DNA of 64,000 bases from Psilocybe cubensis (lineage: Eukaryota), in the NCBI GenBank assembly GCA_017499595.2, contig CM039003.1:186001-250000 (forward strand). The letters run 5' to 3'. The position numbers were made by a program, and so were the translations under genes. The notes beneath the pieces were generated by a model. It was not told where the DNA came from. It searched no databases and saw nothing but the letters and a program-made list of their open reading frames with translations. This document shows positions 11,762 to 25,878 of this stretch, one piece after another. How positions within the stretch are numbered: the stretch's first letter is position 1; every line of letters starts with the position of its first letter.

Positions 11762-14137
11762 GACGACCTGGCGGAGCGAGCGCTTCTTAGGTGATGATGG
11801 GGGTATGAGAAAGAGGAGAAAGAGGGGCAGTGTCAAAGAATTTCAGTCTACAGCACGTGTGAATACTCAAGATCGAAGGGGGTTCCAAATCGTTCAAATT
11901 GAACAGGCGCTTAAAATAAAGAAACGTCACTTTTTTGAAAAAACTTGTGACTGATCTGATCTGAACCATCAGGTGGCTACGTCTTTTATAGACGCCGATT
12001 GACCCTGACCCAAATTGGGACCTGCACCGCACCCCTAGAATGTAACGGGCGTTAATCAATAGTCTCTGCACTCAAACTGCAAGCGCCTAAGATCCAATTG
12101 TGGCCCCGGCGCCTCATTTAGCGCTTATTGTATATCCTGACTGCAGCGGGATGGAAAGGCGCTGGGTTTTTGTGAACCATTCCTCAACTGTGCGATGAAT
12201 GATATCCGACTGTTTTCGGATGGAACTCCGAGAGTCAAGGCCAGAAACATTGTCCTCGTGTTGTGACAGGCGTCTTTCAATTGAAATGCATTATAGTGCA
12301 TCATACTGCGCCATTCAGGAAATCCTTTATCGAAAGGGAGCATTTGGGATATTCAGGCGTCGCTGTGAGCGGCAACCAGCTCCAAAACCATCTACTATCG
12401 GATAGCGAGAGGTCACACGTTCCCAGGACCCCGAGAGCCATGATGACTAGAGATAATAATATGCTCGGCGTTCTACCTCAATTTGGCGCCGATCGGCGCT
12501 TCCTTGACCTGCATGCAGCTTCCGGCATGATTGTTATCTTGGCTCTCTTTCCGTGGTAGCGCACGTATTAAACCGAGGAAGTCTCATTTACTTGATAAAG
12601 TTCTCATCAGGTAAAGTGCCATGCGTTCTCAACGCGGCTGATACAACTGTCATCGTTATGCTTCTGTATCTACTAGGGCAGGTTAGTATTAGACCAGAAA
12701 CGTCCAAAGATGCGTGAATGTACACTTCCCAGTGGGTGCTGGTACATTGTCTGGCGGACGACGAGCAATCGATTCGGAGAGGGTAGCGCTGGTAGCCGTG
12801 GTAAGATAAAGATATCATCGTGTAATTTGAGAGCGAAAGGCTGTGCCTGTCAGTCTGTGATGCGGCCTAAGAACCGCCGAGAGGATTGCACTAAAAATAC
12901 AGAGCAAAGCTACAGAAGGCTACAAATCGTGCGACGCGAGGGGAACATATATTTTTCAGTCACCCAAGGCAGTATTGTCTCCAATAAAGCATGCAACATG
13001 CTCCATAGCATGTAATATATACGCTTTCGGGGTCCAAAGACGACACGTAGAACATGGGATAAGGCGCTTCCGCACCGGCCCGCCATACCCGAAGCTCGAA
13101 AATTTCAAAATATTTCATTCTTTGGCGCTAATATGCAGCTTAGCGCCTACCCTAGCGTCTCCATAAGCAACCATTTAATATACGTTTGGTCTAGGCGTTC
13201 TGGGTTCATTCCATGAATTTTAGGTCGATAGCCAAGCACTAGTAATCTGGAGACCCACGGAACGCCGTGATTCATAAACGTATACAATCTCCCTCAATGT
13301 AACCCGAAGTAGACTTAACCTTAGTTTGAGCTTGATTGGAAACTAAACCCCACTTTTATGCCAAAGGGTATCGTTGCATAGGAGCTTTAAAACACCTGTC
13401 TGGTTCAAGGTTTAGTGTTCCCCAAGCTTTTGAAAAAGGGGCTAAGCGCCCTTTAGCCGGAATAATTTCAATTTCGCAGTCTATATCATCCGTACCTTAG
13501 GGCTGGCCATCCCCCGGGGTCTAGTGTGCGGTTGGTGCGTTCCCATTCACCCACTATCACTATACCACCGTTTCCTATGGACTAATAACTCACTTGCCGA
13601 GAACTCTGTGCCAGTCTTATTCATGGCCGTTCGCACCAAGCGGGGCTCCAAAGGCGCCACCATGTCGACCAAAGAAGCATCATTCGATTACACAGTGCGA
13701 AGTAAATTCCGAGCGCCAACCGCATTTGAATTAATTCTCTTAGTCATTATGATCACGAGTTCCGCTCTATATCTGGGACCGAGAACGCCAGGAAAAGTCT
13801 CTCACGGTCTCAACCGGAATTCCACCATGCCTTGCCAGCTTGGTACCCTCCCAGTGGCCTGGAAAGCATAGCTATACCAGACATCCTTTTTGTATCCATA
13901 TGCACACGAAGAGCATAACCGTAAAAACAGTCTTATCAGGCTCCACAGGATGTATTTTGGCCTATCCAAGAAGATCACAGTGAGAAAATACACATCTGGA
14001 CTTTGCCCACGAATGTCGCCATTTATTCTGCTGCGTTATCTCATCGGATGAAGCTAGACACAGACCTTAGCCGCCCATCTGGCCGCAAATTGCCGCTTTG
14101 GTTCAGACAGTGACAACATAATGGCGTTAGCGTTTTG

Positions 14138-14159
14138 TATATATATATATATATATATA
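14138..14159. repeat. (TA)n microsatellite
   Basis: About 11 consecutive TA units. Confidence 0.9.
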
Positions 14160-16755
14160 CTATTATTAAGCAGTGCCGTACCACTGCGAAATGCCACGCA
14201 TGCGCAAGTCGCTCACATTTTCAGGTTTACGACAGCAAGGTAAAATATGGCCGCAATGCGCTGCTATACTTACGTGGAAATAGCAAGTTCAACGTTCCAC
14301 GGCGTCAATATCCGCAAAATCCAGTTATCCGGTGCTGCAGAGACCCCCCCCCCCAATACACAGAGTCAGGCGCGCAAAAGTGTGTGCTGACGTCTGATTG
14401 ACTGGCTTCGGAATAGCATATTCTCTATCGATCATCCGATTAGCTATCACGTCGCGCATTCGCGTTGCGTTCATCGATAACCAGGGGACCGCCACGGACT
14501 CGAGTCATATTATAGACTGCGCAAATATTAAAGTGCCAATCGTAATCGGCCTACCCTTCGAGATCCAACCATGTTCAGGGTGTATTGGTATCCGCACAGG
14601 TAAAAATAAAATTATTCCAAATGACTGGAAAAGTGGGACCATATTGCATAGTGCATAGTGAGTATATCTGTATTTTAATGTAAGTACTGAAGCTGAAGAA
14701 TCAATCAGAACATGCACGCAGAACCTCACTTTGTAGGGCATGAGTTCTCAAAATAAACGCCAATGATCAATCTGATGTCAGCTGTCGTAACGCACGGCTA
14801 TTCTCGGAAGCGCCGATGAGAATAATTGAGTATTTTGACTGTCATACAGGGCTTCAACGCTCAACGACTACGACGTTGTAAGGCGTTACGACCAGTGGCA
14901 ACTGACGCTGTCGTTGCAGCACAGCAATATGAATAGTTGTCAATATTCGAGTTACCGTGCTTGGCTGGACCTGACTAGACCTATTTAAATTTTATAAATA
15001 TGGGACAGAGCAGGGCGCCTACACTCGTGTACTGCTGAATGTAGTCCCAAGGCTGCAAGATCCGGTGAAAGATATTTTTACAGAAATTTTAACAAAATTC
15101 AAAGTGTCTATCAACTTTCCTGGTATCCATCGCATGAACGGATTTTAGGATGTCCCTGAAACCTTCCAGAGCGATGGTTGGCCGGTTTCTAATGTCCGGT
15201 GAGTGCTATATTCTGGTTTCCTACTTACTAACGCCATTCCTCTAAAACAGTCGGCACGGCAGCTCGACAGACAACGTCTGATTTGATCTTAATGCTGACG
15301 TCAAATATTGCAACTATGTCATTCAAGCTGCGCGATTTAGATAATATACAAATATGATCCATCTGCTTGTCATCCATGGGCAGTTAAAAACTGTCATCTG
15401 ACGCAAAGCTAAAGATACCTTCTGACTCAAGCGACCGTGTTCATGGCGCGTTACGATTCATGGTTCATTTCGATTTAATTGGCATAATTCTAACAATCGT
15501 TATGGTGGATTGGTAAAGCTTTCTAACCGAACTCCGAGTACTCGATGACTTAATTATATCTACAAATTTTGAACACTTGAGCGACTGTCGGATTTCCAGG
15601 CCACGATATCCGTCCAGCGATGTAGGGTGTAGGGTATGGAATAACCCGGAAACACGGTATTGCTTTTAAATCAATTACCTACTTACGTCTTCTCCCATGT
15701 CACTTGACCTTATCTTTAAAAAATTTAGACGCCCGTAGCCAATTGGCTGAAACAGTTGTTGATAAGGACTTGAACGTTAACACAAAATCAGTTAATCTTC
15801 AGCAATTGCACCAGGATGGTCCAAAATTCAATCGGACATGATATATATTCCTTCCACGCATAGAAATACCACCTTCGTCTGCGCTGTCGACTGCATTCTC
15901 ACGCAATTAAAGGTGCTGCAAAGTTCAAATGTTGCCAACAAAGCGCTTCTACACACAAAAATGATCTCTATTATTTTTGAATGTATCATACAGAGCGAAC
16001 AAATGACCCTCACCACCTATTTTGCAATCGCTGTTAACGAGAAACACTTTTGGCACGTTTCCAAATTTTACTCACGGGCCGCTCTTCCATACTGCGTGAC
16101 TTATTCTCCGTCAAAATCGTACTTCGCTTCAACGCGCCCCCAACTCAAGGTTTGGGCTATCATCAGGATATCATTAAGTTTAACCTGCGTGAGATAATTT
16201 ACAATATTTCCAGTCATTCTCTCTCGGCTTACATGTAGTAGCTGGCTTTTTGACATACATTCCATACTAGAACATCACGCTTTCCTTCAGGTATGTCAAA
16301 GTATTTGAAGACTGTACCAATGATGCTACCAGTTGGCAGAACCTTCGCCTTTCACAACTCGCAGAAAAAAAATTCCGGTTGCACGTTATAGGAAAGGTTT
16401 CTCTATAATCATTTCATCAGGTGAATTTGGCACATCTTGAAGTACAGCCTTTTCCGAAGCTTGACATTTTCAGTAACTTGGTGGGAGAGCAAGTAATAAC
16501 TCTTACTCGTTTGCTGATGCATAAACCAAACAACAACAGCTCAGTGAACTTGGGAAGGAATAGCTTGGGAGATGCAATAGAGGATCAAACTGGAAAGTGC
16601 TGTATCATTGTAATCATTCCTGAGGTTCAACCTTTCTCACACTAGATACCAAGAGTATGGCGGTTAAGATTACTTGAAGTCTGCAGGAAAGATATATAAT
16701 GCAAAAAATTGAGGGCTACACAGCACCCAACTCATCAGTTGCATAAGTTTATACC

Positions 16756-17288
16756 ATGGTTCGCCTGTCTATGGCTTTTATTGTTCTTTTCTTCCAGGTC
16801 GCACATTGCCTTTCCACCACCAATCTTCCTAGAGACTCATCCGCGACAAATGCCGGCGACAAGCTGCAGTCAATGTGTGACGCTGCAGGTGAAAATACTG
16901 TAAGTCAATGTTATTATACGATACATTCATTCATAATTTAGGCTTTCATGACTCTCCACACAGTATGTTGCCGCCCAATTTGGAGATGACTATTATACAA
17001 CCTTCGATTATAACGAATGCTATCCATACACGATTGGGGGAAAGGTGGTTCAGCAGGCATTGATATGCAAAACGGTTACCTGTTACAATGACGCGTACGC
17101 ACGACCTTAGGCTGCTTTTACAACTCGTTACTGATTCTGTATATCGCTCCAGGAACGACGATTGTACGGGAGGCGCCATCCCTCCTCTTCCTATCACCGT
17201 TCCAGCGGGGTTAAGATTGGTCAATTTGGCCGACGTCGCCCATTTATTTGGACAGAGTGGAATTTGCCACGCCAAAATTCTGTCTTGA
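16756..17288 (+). CDS. Small secreted Cys-rich protein, paralog 1 of 3
   Basis: Exons 16756-16899, 16964-17094 and 17153-17288. Signal peptide plus core YVAAQFGDDYYTTFDYNECYPY...CKTVTCYNDANDDCTGGAIPP...CHAKILS. TATATAA at ~16693. Confidence 0.85.
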
Positions 17289-18143
17289 TTTTTGAAAATT
17301 TCACAAGATTTTTGATGTATTATCTGAATGTCCGATTCTTTAATTCACGCTTCAGTATACAGTGCCTAAGGCATCTCATATGGGAAATGTCGACATGGCT
17401 TTGGAGCTTCGCGGATACTAAAATTCACACGGCCGGATCACAAACGGAACAGACACGGCATGATGGCCAAAATGACCACTTCATAAGAATTATGTCCAGT
17501 TCAACTCGAGATCTGCATAAAATTACTGGTCATTGTCATATTGCTAAAACTTTCAAGCCAAAAATGTTCCTCATCCGTAAATGGATCTAGAATTACTTGT
17601 GCCAACGGCTATTCGAAAGAAGATCATCTCATGCCGTGTCGTTGCCGAGAAAGTGTGGGAATTTAGTTGATGTCCCGCCCCCCCTCTTCGTAGTTCGTAA
17701 CTTCGTACAAGGCCTCAAATGTGTATTGAATGTTGCCACACGCATCAACGTAATATTCCATCCTCCTTTAGATTCAGCCTTTTATTCAGCCTTTATGAAT
17801 TGACACGATTCTGTTAGCCTTGACAATATTTATATTTAATAGATGAATAAACAGGAAATTTACAATCTAGACTACTCTCATTTCATTTATTGAAGAACTG
17901 GTGCTAGACACCTCATTTATGAAATCAGTGACTTTGGAAGGTGTGATTTCGTTCAGCGTTATTCAATTCCTACAGCGTGTATTCTTCGAAAATTGCAACA
18001 TTTCTCACACTAGGCAGGAGTCTCTTCTTCACTAGATGCCATTCGAATTTGTAATTTCATGTGAAGTTGTTGTTATCTTGATAGTCAAATCCTATAAATT
18101 GCGGACAGAGAAATGTTCCAAGTATCAGCTCATACCTCATATC

Positions 18144-18672
18144 ATGGTTTGGCTTCCTCTCGTATTCGCTTTTCTTTCCCTTCAAACCGTACTGTCTCTT
18201 ACCGCTCCCAGTCTTTCCAGAGATCTGCCAGCAGTAGAGGATGAAAAGCTGCTTGCATTGTGCAATGCTGCAGAGCAAAATACTGTTAAGTTGATCTTAT
18301 AGTCACCCGCATAGTCGTAACTAATCTCAGCCCTTGACGCGCCACACAGTATTTGGCTGTTCGCTTTGGGGACGACTATTACACCACCTTCGATTATAAC
18401 GTATGCTACCCGTACAAGATAGGAGATAAGGTGGCGCAACAGGCATTTTTCTGCAAAGCAGCTACTTGCTACAATAATGCGTACGTGTGATCCTTAGTGG
18501 CTTCGATCGGAGGCTGATTGCATATTTACTATTCAGGAACGAGGACTGTACAGGAGGATCAATCCCTCCCGCGCCTATCATCATCCCAACGCGCATAAGT
18601 CTACCCAATACGGCTGATTTTATCCATTTCCTTGGACAAGGCGCACTCTGCCACGCCAATGCTCTGTCCTGA
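18144..18672 (+). CDS. Small secreted Cys-rich protein, paralog 2 of 3
   Basis: Same three-exon layout. Core YLAVRFGDDYYTTFDYNVCYPY...CKAATCYNNANEDCTGGSIPP...CHANALS. TATAAA at ~18093. Confidence 0.85.
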
Positions 18673-19384
18673 AAGTTTATTAACAAGAGTTTTTGTCTAT
18701 ATCATTCTAATAAAGCTGCACAGTTTACGGCACTAGACTGGTTGCTTATTGCGTTATTTCATCAACTTCCTGGAATCTTGTTCTCAGCCTTTGCGTTTCA
18801 ACACTGGTGATGTGAGCCTTGTATCTTCATAATCTCCCAAATTCTTTGTGAACCATCACCAGCGTAGATGTGCACCCATCTAAGTTTACCCCTTTACGTG
18901 TAATCGGACACTTCATGACACACGCCACACACCAGAACATTTTATCGTCATGCTTGTATGCATAAATTCTTAAAGTCCGAGAAGATATGGTCTTTCGGAG
19001 CTTCTAAACCTTGAACAACTCGTCATTAAGGCAGACAAAATGATGGGGAAATCATGCAGGAATCGTGCTATTTTAAGTTCCCTTTGAAACCAGACCTCCA
19101 CTGCGGTACTCAGAGAAAGTATTTTTAATCATATTTTTCATCGGTACCACTGAATTATGCTCTAAAAAAGCATAAAATGTGTGCAAGTACTGAAATTTGA
19201 ACTAATACACCATGACGAGTTGAGAACCATAAATTTCGCCCACAAAATTCAGATGACTCATTGTGTGCCATCATCGTGCTAAGAAGTTGTATCCCCTTCA
19301 AGCTGGGGTGGAGCGGAAGCTCATCTAGTCGTGTATAAAATCAAGGTAAAAAAATGCCAACAACCGACCCACAAATTTCTTACA

Positions 19385-19901
19385 ATGTTTCGCCAATTTC
19401 TGGCTCTTGCTGCCTTTTGCATCGTTACAACCAATTCTCTAGCCACTCCTATTATTCCTAATGGTATCACCTTGGCGGAGTATACCAAGTTGTTCGCACT
19501 GTGCGAGAACGGAGGCAGCGAGACAGTGAGTCTTCTCACAAACCAGCGAACAGAACCTTAATATTTCCTTGGCACAGTATGTTGGCGTCCGCTTTGGAGA
19601 CGACTACTACACAACCTTCGACTATAATGCGTGCTACCCCTACAAAATTAACGGAAAGGTAGCTTCGCAAGCAGTCTTCTGCAAAGCCTCAACTTGTTAC
19701 AATAATCCGTACGTGTAATATGCCAATTTGCTAATGATATAAGCACTGACCTCTCTTTAAACTAGAAATGAGGATTGCACAGGAGGAGCAGTTCCGCCAG
19801 TGCCCATTACTGTCACAGAAGGAGTAACCCTTGTCAATGCGGCGGACTGGGTTCATCTGCTTGGTCAGGGAGCACTGTGCCATGCCAATATTTTGTCATA
19901 A
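19385..19901 (+). CDS. Small secreted Cys-rich protein, paralog 3 of 3
   Basis: Same three-exon layout. Core YVGVRFGDDYYTTFDYNACYPY...CKASTCYNNPNEDCTGGAVPP...CHANILS. TATAAA at ~19334. Confidence 0.85.
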
Positions 19902-20905
19902 TAGATTGCTAATCTTATAATGAATAACATTTCTTTAATGACCTCTCCCTTGTTTATACAGAAATTCGAAAGGCTGCGTGGTCGTTGGCTTCAAGTTCAA
20001 GTCGGAACATTGTTGTGACAGAATTGCCGACGGCGCCGACCGGCATGACCATTTATATCCATTTCGGCATTTGTTAACTTTCACCGCCCAATATTTTCTC
20101 ACGGTTAGACTTTCAACCGATTCAACATTCCATGTGAAGAGGCCCGTAACTACTAATTTACAAGGATAAACTATGGCGAACAACAAACAGAATTCAAAGA
20201 GCATCAATAGTTGTAACCAGTGTTGACCGGCCATGCATTCCTTTGCGGGTCTGTTGCCGTCCCTACTTCATCTCGGAGAACTGGATTCGGATATTTCTGG
20301 CTCACTGGGGCCGGCTTCACTCCAGCATTGCCACAAGTCCCGGATTCAATCATCGACCTTGTCCACGAACACCATTCACCGGTCATCGCCCCCACGAGGC
20401 TCTATTTCAGAATTTAATCGTCATAGGAAAGCATATGAACGACTCGAACATGGGGCAGCAACATGATAAAGCATATCTACATCCTCGTGGAGGAGTGCAG
20501 GATTCTACGCATTCCTCATTTTCAGTACCGAAACACTCAAGACCGTTCGGACGTCGCTTTCTTCACTGAACTTACTTGTTTCGTACCCTCCTGGTAGCCT
20601 TCTTTGGGCCTGATTTTGGAGAGCGCTGTTCGGGTTCACCGACAGGGAATTAGCTTGGTTACCATCCAGCAGCGAACCTTTTCTGGAGGTGCGCTTGGCC
20701 CATTTTCAGGTATTGGGCCTCGAGGCACCTTTTGACCCAACAAAAGTCTCAGATCCAAAATCTCGTGGCACTGTGCCACCACTAGGCAAGGGGTTCAAAT
20801 AGGTGCTTGGTTCACTTTTGACCTGGTTTTGAATAGGCTCACTCGACATTCGATACGCACATAATCCTACAGACTTCTGTAGAACGAATCTACGCTATCT
20901 CAGTC

Positions 20906-21812
20906 ATGGAACTCCCATATTCTTACAACGTACGTCGCGAACCATTCCTGGCGTGATTACACTCAGCTAATTTCTCTCATGCTTTTTTTATATCTGCAGT
21001 CCACAGAAGGCTGGTACAAGCCAGACGGGCAAAGTCAAACAATCATCATGAGAAGAACATCTCTCGGAACAACATCTCTGTCCACAACATCCCCCACCAC
21101 ATCCCAACCAAATTCGCGTACTGGTACTCTCGACTCCGACCGCAGTGCTGGGCGAGAGAATCGCGATCCGAATGCCACCAAAGCGAATGTACCGAACAGC
21201 ACCCAACATGCGCGTGCCCACCAAGTTCCGGCAGCTGCGCGTGTTCAACTGCAGTCTCAGCCGAATACCAAGGCGAACTATGCCTCGGACACGTTTAAGT
21301 CAAGGGCGAACGATGTGGAGAAACGCTTCATTGGTCATCATCGTGATGCGACTGCCCATCCGATGCCTGCACCCTCTCCCCCCGCTTCATCGGTGTATTC
21401 GTACGGGTCAGGTCCCAGTAGCACGGGTGGGAATAGTATGGAACGGGCTTTGCTCCCCAAGAGGAGGGCGGCAAATGGGAATGGGAGTGCATCTCGCGGC
21501 GCGAGAGCGACTCGCGCTGGCGCGGGGCTTGCAGGGGTAGGAGCGTCGGGAAAGGCGAAGATTACGGGACAGGCAGGCAAAGTTGGAAGAGTTATGAAGC
21601 GTCCGCCGAATACTGCGATTTACGTCAACGAGCTGGGCCCCAACGGGTCCTGGTACATTCCGAAGAAGCCAAAGGACAGTCATGCACCGGTCTCGTCGAC
21701 GACTAATACAACAGCAGCGGTGGAGCCAGGGCTAATGAAGACCCTTTTAAACGCCTTCAAGAAGAAGAACAAGGTCGCTAATGCTCCTCTGCAAGTTCCA
21801 CGCAGCTCTTAA
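20906..21812 (+). CDS. Hypothetical low-complexity, basic, probably disordered protein (2 exons)
   Basis: Exon 1 MELPYSYN (20906-20929), GTACGT..CTGCAG intron 20930-20999, then in frame with the 277-aa ORF to TAA at 21812. Confidence 0.65.
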
Positions 21813-22221
21813 GTTGTTCCATTCTGAAATATGGTGCTCTGGTTAGCACTCAGAGGACGGATAGGTTGTTGATAGACCTGTTATGTTATGTTTAAACTAT
21901 AGGTAAATTTTGGACTTCAATATGTATCATCATCGTACGTAGTGCCGTCATTAGTTATCTGGATATCTGTACCATTACGATAGGCCAAATATAACACACA
22001 CACATTTATGGGCCTTAATTTGTAACTTGAATACTCGCTCATTATGGCAATGCAATGTATGTAGTGAAGCGATATTTGAAGTCACTGTTGTAAAGACCTA
22101 GGCCACATTTGTTTCGTTACCGAGGTAAAGCATACTACGATTCCATTTATATAAGAGCACAGTTACGCTGTTACATTACATTTCGTCCCCAATTCGACTA
22201 GTTCTGGTTAACAGCGTAGTG

Positions 22222-22789
22222 TTAAGTTTCGGAAGGCTGCTTGGATATTGTGTTGTCACTTTCAGTGAGTTCTGGGTGGATAGTTGGTGGCTGTCGCGTT
22301 GCTTCAAAGGCAGAGCTGGTGTAAGAAGAGCGCTGTAAAGCTGATTTCAGAAGGCTGTTGGGTTTCTTTGCACGATTTCTCTTGACGTAGAAGCTAAGCG
22401 GAATCTGAGTATATGATAATAGAACCATAAGCCTGTTATTGATTGTCACGAGCGGGTGGGTGGATTACCGCTGCCTCTAGCACACAAAACAGCGTAATCT
22501 GGTCCAGACTACCCTGGCGCTCAGGTTCCATCAAATGGTCAGGGAAGATAATGCCTTTGAATATGTTGTCTGCGATTACATCTAGCTTTGTCGGGCTCAA
22601 CTCTGCTAATATTTTGGCTTCTCCAGCTTTGGGGCACCTAAAAGAATATTATCTCTCCTGGGCGAATGTAGACAAGATCGTGCTGACTAACACCTTAATG
22701 TATCTCTGGACAGTTCGATGAACAGACTCCTTCAACTTCAGATGTACAGGATCCTCATCCTGTACGGTGCTTTCTTTCGGCAGTTCCAT
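22222..22789 (-). CDS. Orphan three-exon family, member A
   Basis: MELPKESTVQDEDPVHLKLKESVHRTVQRYIKV / CPKAGEAKILAELSPTKLDVIADNIFKGIIFPDHLMEPERQGSLDQITLFCVLEAA / IPLSFYVKRNRAKKPNSLLKSALQRSS...*. Introns are phase 2 and phase 0. Clear paralog of 27455-28013. Start codon uncertain. Confidence 0.65.
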
Positions 22790-23158
22790 GTTTGGTTGTG
22801 CTGTCGTTGGAGTGGTTGAGAAGCAAGTGGACTTTCGTACTCCGATCACTTCCCTCGGCGATTAAGGGGAATGATTTTGGTCTCCGCAAACCATTGCACC
22901 GGCAACGAGAAGTGAACTAACGTTCATAACACTTTCAAGTCTTTCCCGTGGTAGAAGTCATCTACACTTCTGGTTTTTCATAATCTTAATCAGACACGTA
23001 AGAGAGGTGTTTACTTTGGTAACATATTATCTCGTGGGCAGGTACTACTCGTATCAGGTTACACAAAGAATTCGAGAAACAGTAGATGAAAGGATTGCAG
23101 AACTTGTCATACACATTTATCGAGGAGTTTTCTCTGTGAGCAGAAGAATATTCCACAT

Positions 23159-23770
23159 TTACCTTTGAGAAGAGCGGCGTGGACTATGCCCTCCATTTTC
23201 TGAGCCACTGGAATTTCCCATGTCCATATCGCCTAACATTATCATTGGTTCTTCGTAACCGGGAGAGTCTCTTCGCTGCTGAACAGATGCTCGCCCAGCT
23301 GGTACTGTCGATGGAGATGAAGGAGGACTGGGAGTGGCTGCAGGCGATATCTCTTGGTGGTGATAAATCTGAAAGAGTAACCTACGATTAGATTTTACGA
23401 AAAATGATCGGGGAATGTTCTGAAATGGAACCTACAATGGTGTTCATCAAGTTGGGAGGTATCATGGATTCAAGATCCCTTATGTCTTCATGAGTAAATC
23501 CCCCTCCGTGGGTGCCTCGTGGTTTCCATGTCTCCATGAGGGTTTCTTCGACTATATATATGATTCTTTGTTGTGCTACAACATTCTTCGACACCCAGGA
23601 TTGCGACATAAGTAAAAAAGGATGTTTTCCGTCACCTTCACGGCTGTGATAACTAGTCAGTTTCTAATCTAACAAGAATACGAACACGCGTACAGTGAAT
23701 ACAATGAATCAGTGAACTCCTTGACCTTGGCTTTGATGATACCATACTTCTGAACCTCGACGAAAGACAT
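23159..23770 (-). CDS. Orphan three-exon family, member B1
   Basis: TATATAA ~45 nt upstream. MSFVEVQKYGIIKAKVKEFTDSLYSL / REGDGKHPFLLMSQSWVSKNVVAQQRII...PPNLMNTI / IYHHQEISPAATPSPP...MLGDMDMGN...*. Introns are phase 2 and phase 0. Confidence 0.6.
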
Positions 23771-24104
23771 GTTTATAGGGAGATTGAATGAGGTCTAGTA
23801 TAAAGTATTCACTCATTATATAGGACAACAGGGCATCCACCCAAGATCCAGAATCGTGTATCATTCGAATTCTAGAAGGACTGCACAGCACTTCTGCCGA
23901 CATTTCTTCCTTATCTCAACGTCTCTTTTGTGTCCTGTGTATTTCCATTTTTGCCTAAGTAACCTGGATGAACATCGACAGTGGTCCAGCTTGGAAGTGG
24001 GAGACGACATAAAAATGATAGATTAGCGAGTTGATAATCAAAACGTGTTGGATAGAGCGTATTAATTTCCCAAAGATCTTCTATTCAATGAACAATGGTT
24101 GCAA

Positions 24105-24705
24105 ACTGACTCACCTCGTACCTTCAATCTTTCCCATGGGCCGTTAATGAGTCACCTCATGAGTGTACTTCGCTACCTTCAGGGCCTATTCAACATGTTA
24201 TTGAGCATTGGGTAGAAGTCCTTCCTAAATATTTATATTAATGATCGGCCTGGATAGCCAACATAAAATCGAATTTTCTTGAGCGCTTAAATCGTAAATT
24301 TGAGAAAGCAAAATGAATTACCTTACTCAAATGTGGTTTTATGGAGGTCACAACAATTTCACCTTGTAGCGCATGCCTCGAAACATATAAAAACAGAATA
24401 TGGTTTCCGAACTGACGGTAAAACCCCCATGGCCTTCTGAATCGCAAGTGTAGACCCGAGTCTGGAACCCATTCAAAAGATTGTGTGTACATCATGATAA
24501 GGGAGGCGATACACCCTTCTGCGATGTCAAGGCAGTTCTGTTCTCGTCCGGTTCTTCCGCAACCTATTGGAACATGTATATTTAACAACATCTGGACAAA
24601 ATCTCATCTGAAATCACTGATATCCACATTTCCGAGGACATCCGTACCAGCTGCATTGGAGAGGATGTTTTGATGGCTTATCGGCAAATGCCGGACACCC
24701 ATCTC
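24105..24705 (-). repeat. Degenerate ~600-bp segment duplicated at 28285-28880
   Basis: Shared blocks tgactcacc..cccatgggc(c/t)gttaatgagtcac, ttttcttgagcgctta, ccgaactgacggtaa, acatcatgataagg and atcggcaaatgccggac(a/g)cccatct. Remnant frames with stops (PYHDVHTI, YRQFG). Confidence 0.75.
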
Positions 24706-25290
24706 AGTGCTCAGTGAAACGTCGGGTCATTGTGGTTCTTAGGACCGGTGATATTGGTTGAAACTTCACAATGAATTTAAAATTTGATACTATAATCAAT
24801 GTATAAACTGTGGAGATACTAAGGTTTATGTGTCATATCTTTGCACAACTGGTAGTGTACGCCACCCGCATTCAAGCCTTCGTGACGTGAACGCTACGTG
24901 GGATCTATGTATCCAAGGTTGTATCATTAGTTAAAGTCGAAGGAAGTTGGGAAGGTGTTATTCCAGCTTCACCTAACAAATTAACATTGCTATCTGGTCG
25001 AGTAATGTCCTGCTCCCTCTTCTGGAACACGGCCGAGGGATGGATTGACGATGCTTAGTACACACTAATAGTCTAAGAGCACCTAAACCCTTAAACTTGA
25101 CCTTTTACTTCTGTGAAGAAACAGAGAACCAATTTTACAGAAGCCAGAGATTCATTGTGACAAGAAAGGATTAGGATTGACAAAAATTACTATGCATCAC
25201 CTCCACAATCCATAACCTATCTCTTTGTATACATGTCCAGAGCACTGTACGTGAAATTGTGACCTAGCTTCAGGCACCTATCGATTGCTA

Positions 25291-25878
25291 CTAAATATCC
25301 ATAGAAAACATGCCCGATTTTGGAGAATCAAACGAAGAGGGGTCTCCCGTTGTGATATTTCTTCCTGCCTGCGAAGATGGTCCAGGATGAGGCTGAGGTG
25401 ACTCCGACCGACTCCTGTGCTGCTCCTATAAATATTTGGCAAATAAACAGTAAAAGTTAAGCAAAGAGCAGAAGTAGGCAGGCCAGACAGTCCTGCAGGA
25501 TCATAATACTGACCAGTGCCCAGACTAGATATTCCAATCCATGAACATTATTGAGCATATGGATATCGTTCATCGTAGGATAAACACTATTTTCTTCAGG
25601 TCTCCAATACTGAAGAGCTAGCTGGACATATGAATGCCGAATTAACTGTTTTGCCATTGGTCTTCTAACGGCCAACCACGCTTTCTGTACTTCTGCTCGG
25701 TATGGAGATTGATCTATAGGGCTAAATCCAGAGAGAAGGTTATTACGGTTGAAAACAGCTGAAAAGAGGATGAGACGAACGTAAATTCGAATACATCGGT
25801 AATGTACTTGAAGGATTTGTAGATAATATCCTCCTTGGAAGATTCTGCCTTGTATGTATCTTTCCAGTCGTCGGGCAT
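25291..25878 (-). CDS. Orphan three-exon family, member B2
   Basis: MPDDWKDTYKAESSKEDIIYKSFKYITDVFEFT / PIDQSPYRAEVQKAWLAVRRP...LEYLVWAL / EQHRSRSESPQPHPGPSSQAGRNITTGDPSSFDSPKSGMFSMDI*. Introns are phase 2 and phase 0. Confidence 0.6.

Noticed and set aside
12060-16300. Possible decayed TE or helicase fragments (AGCGC-rich stretches; QYGRAAR- and QYGPTF-like words on the minus strand)
   Set aside because: I could define no matching TIRs or TSDs, the frames are full of stops, and the helicase-like words are in the wrong order.
19950-20800. Gene between the secreted trio and the 20906 orphan
   Set aside because: Only short overlapping frames with no consistent splice model. It could be a pseudogene, but I cannot support that.
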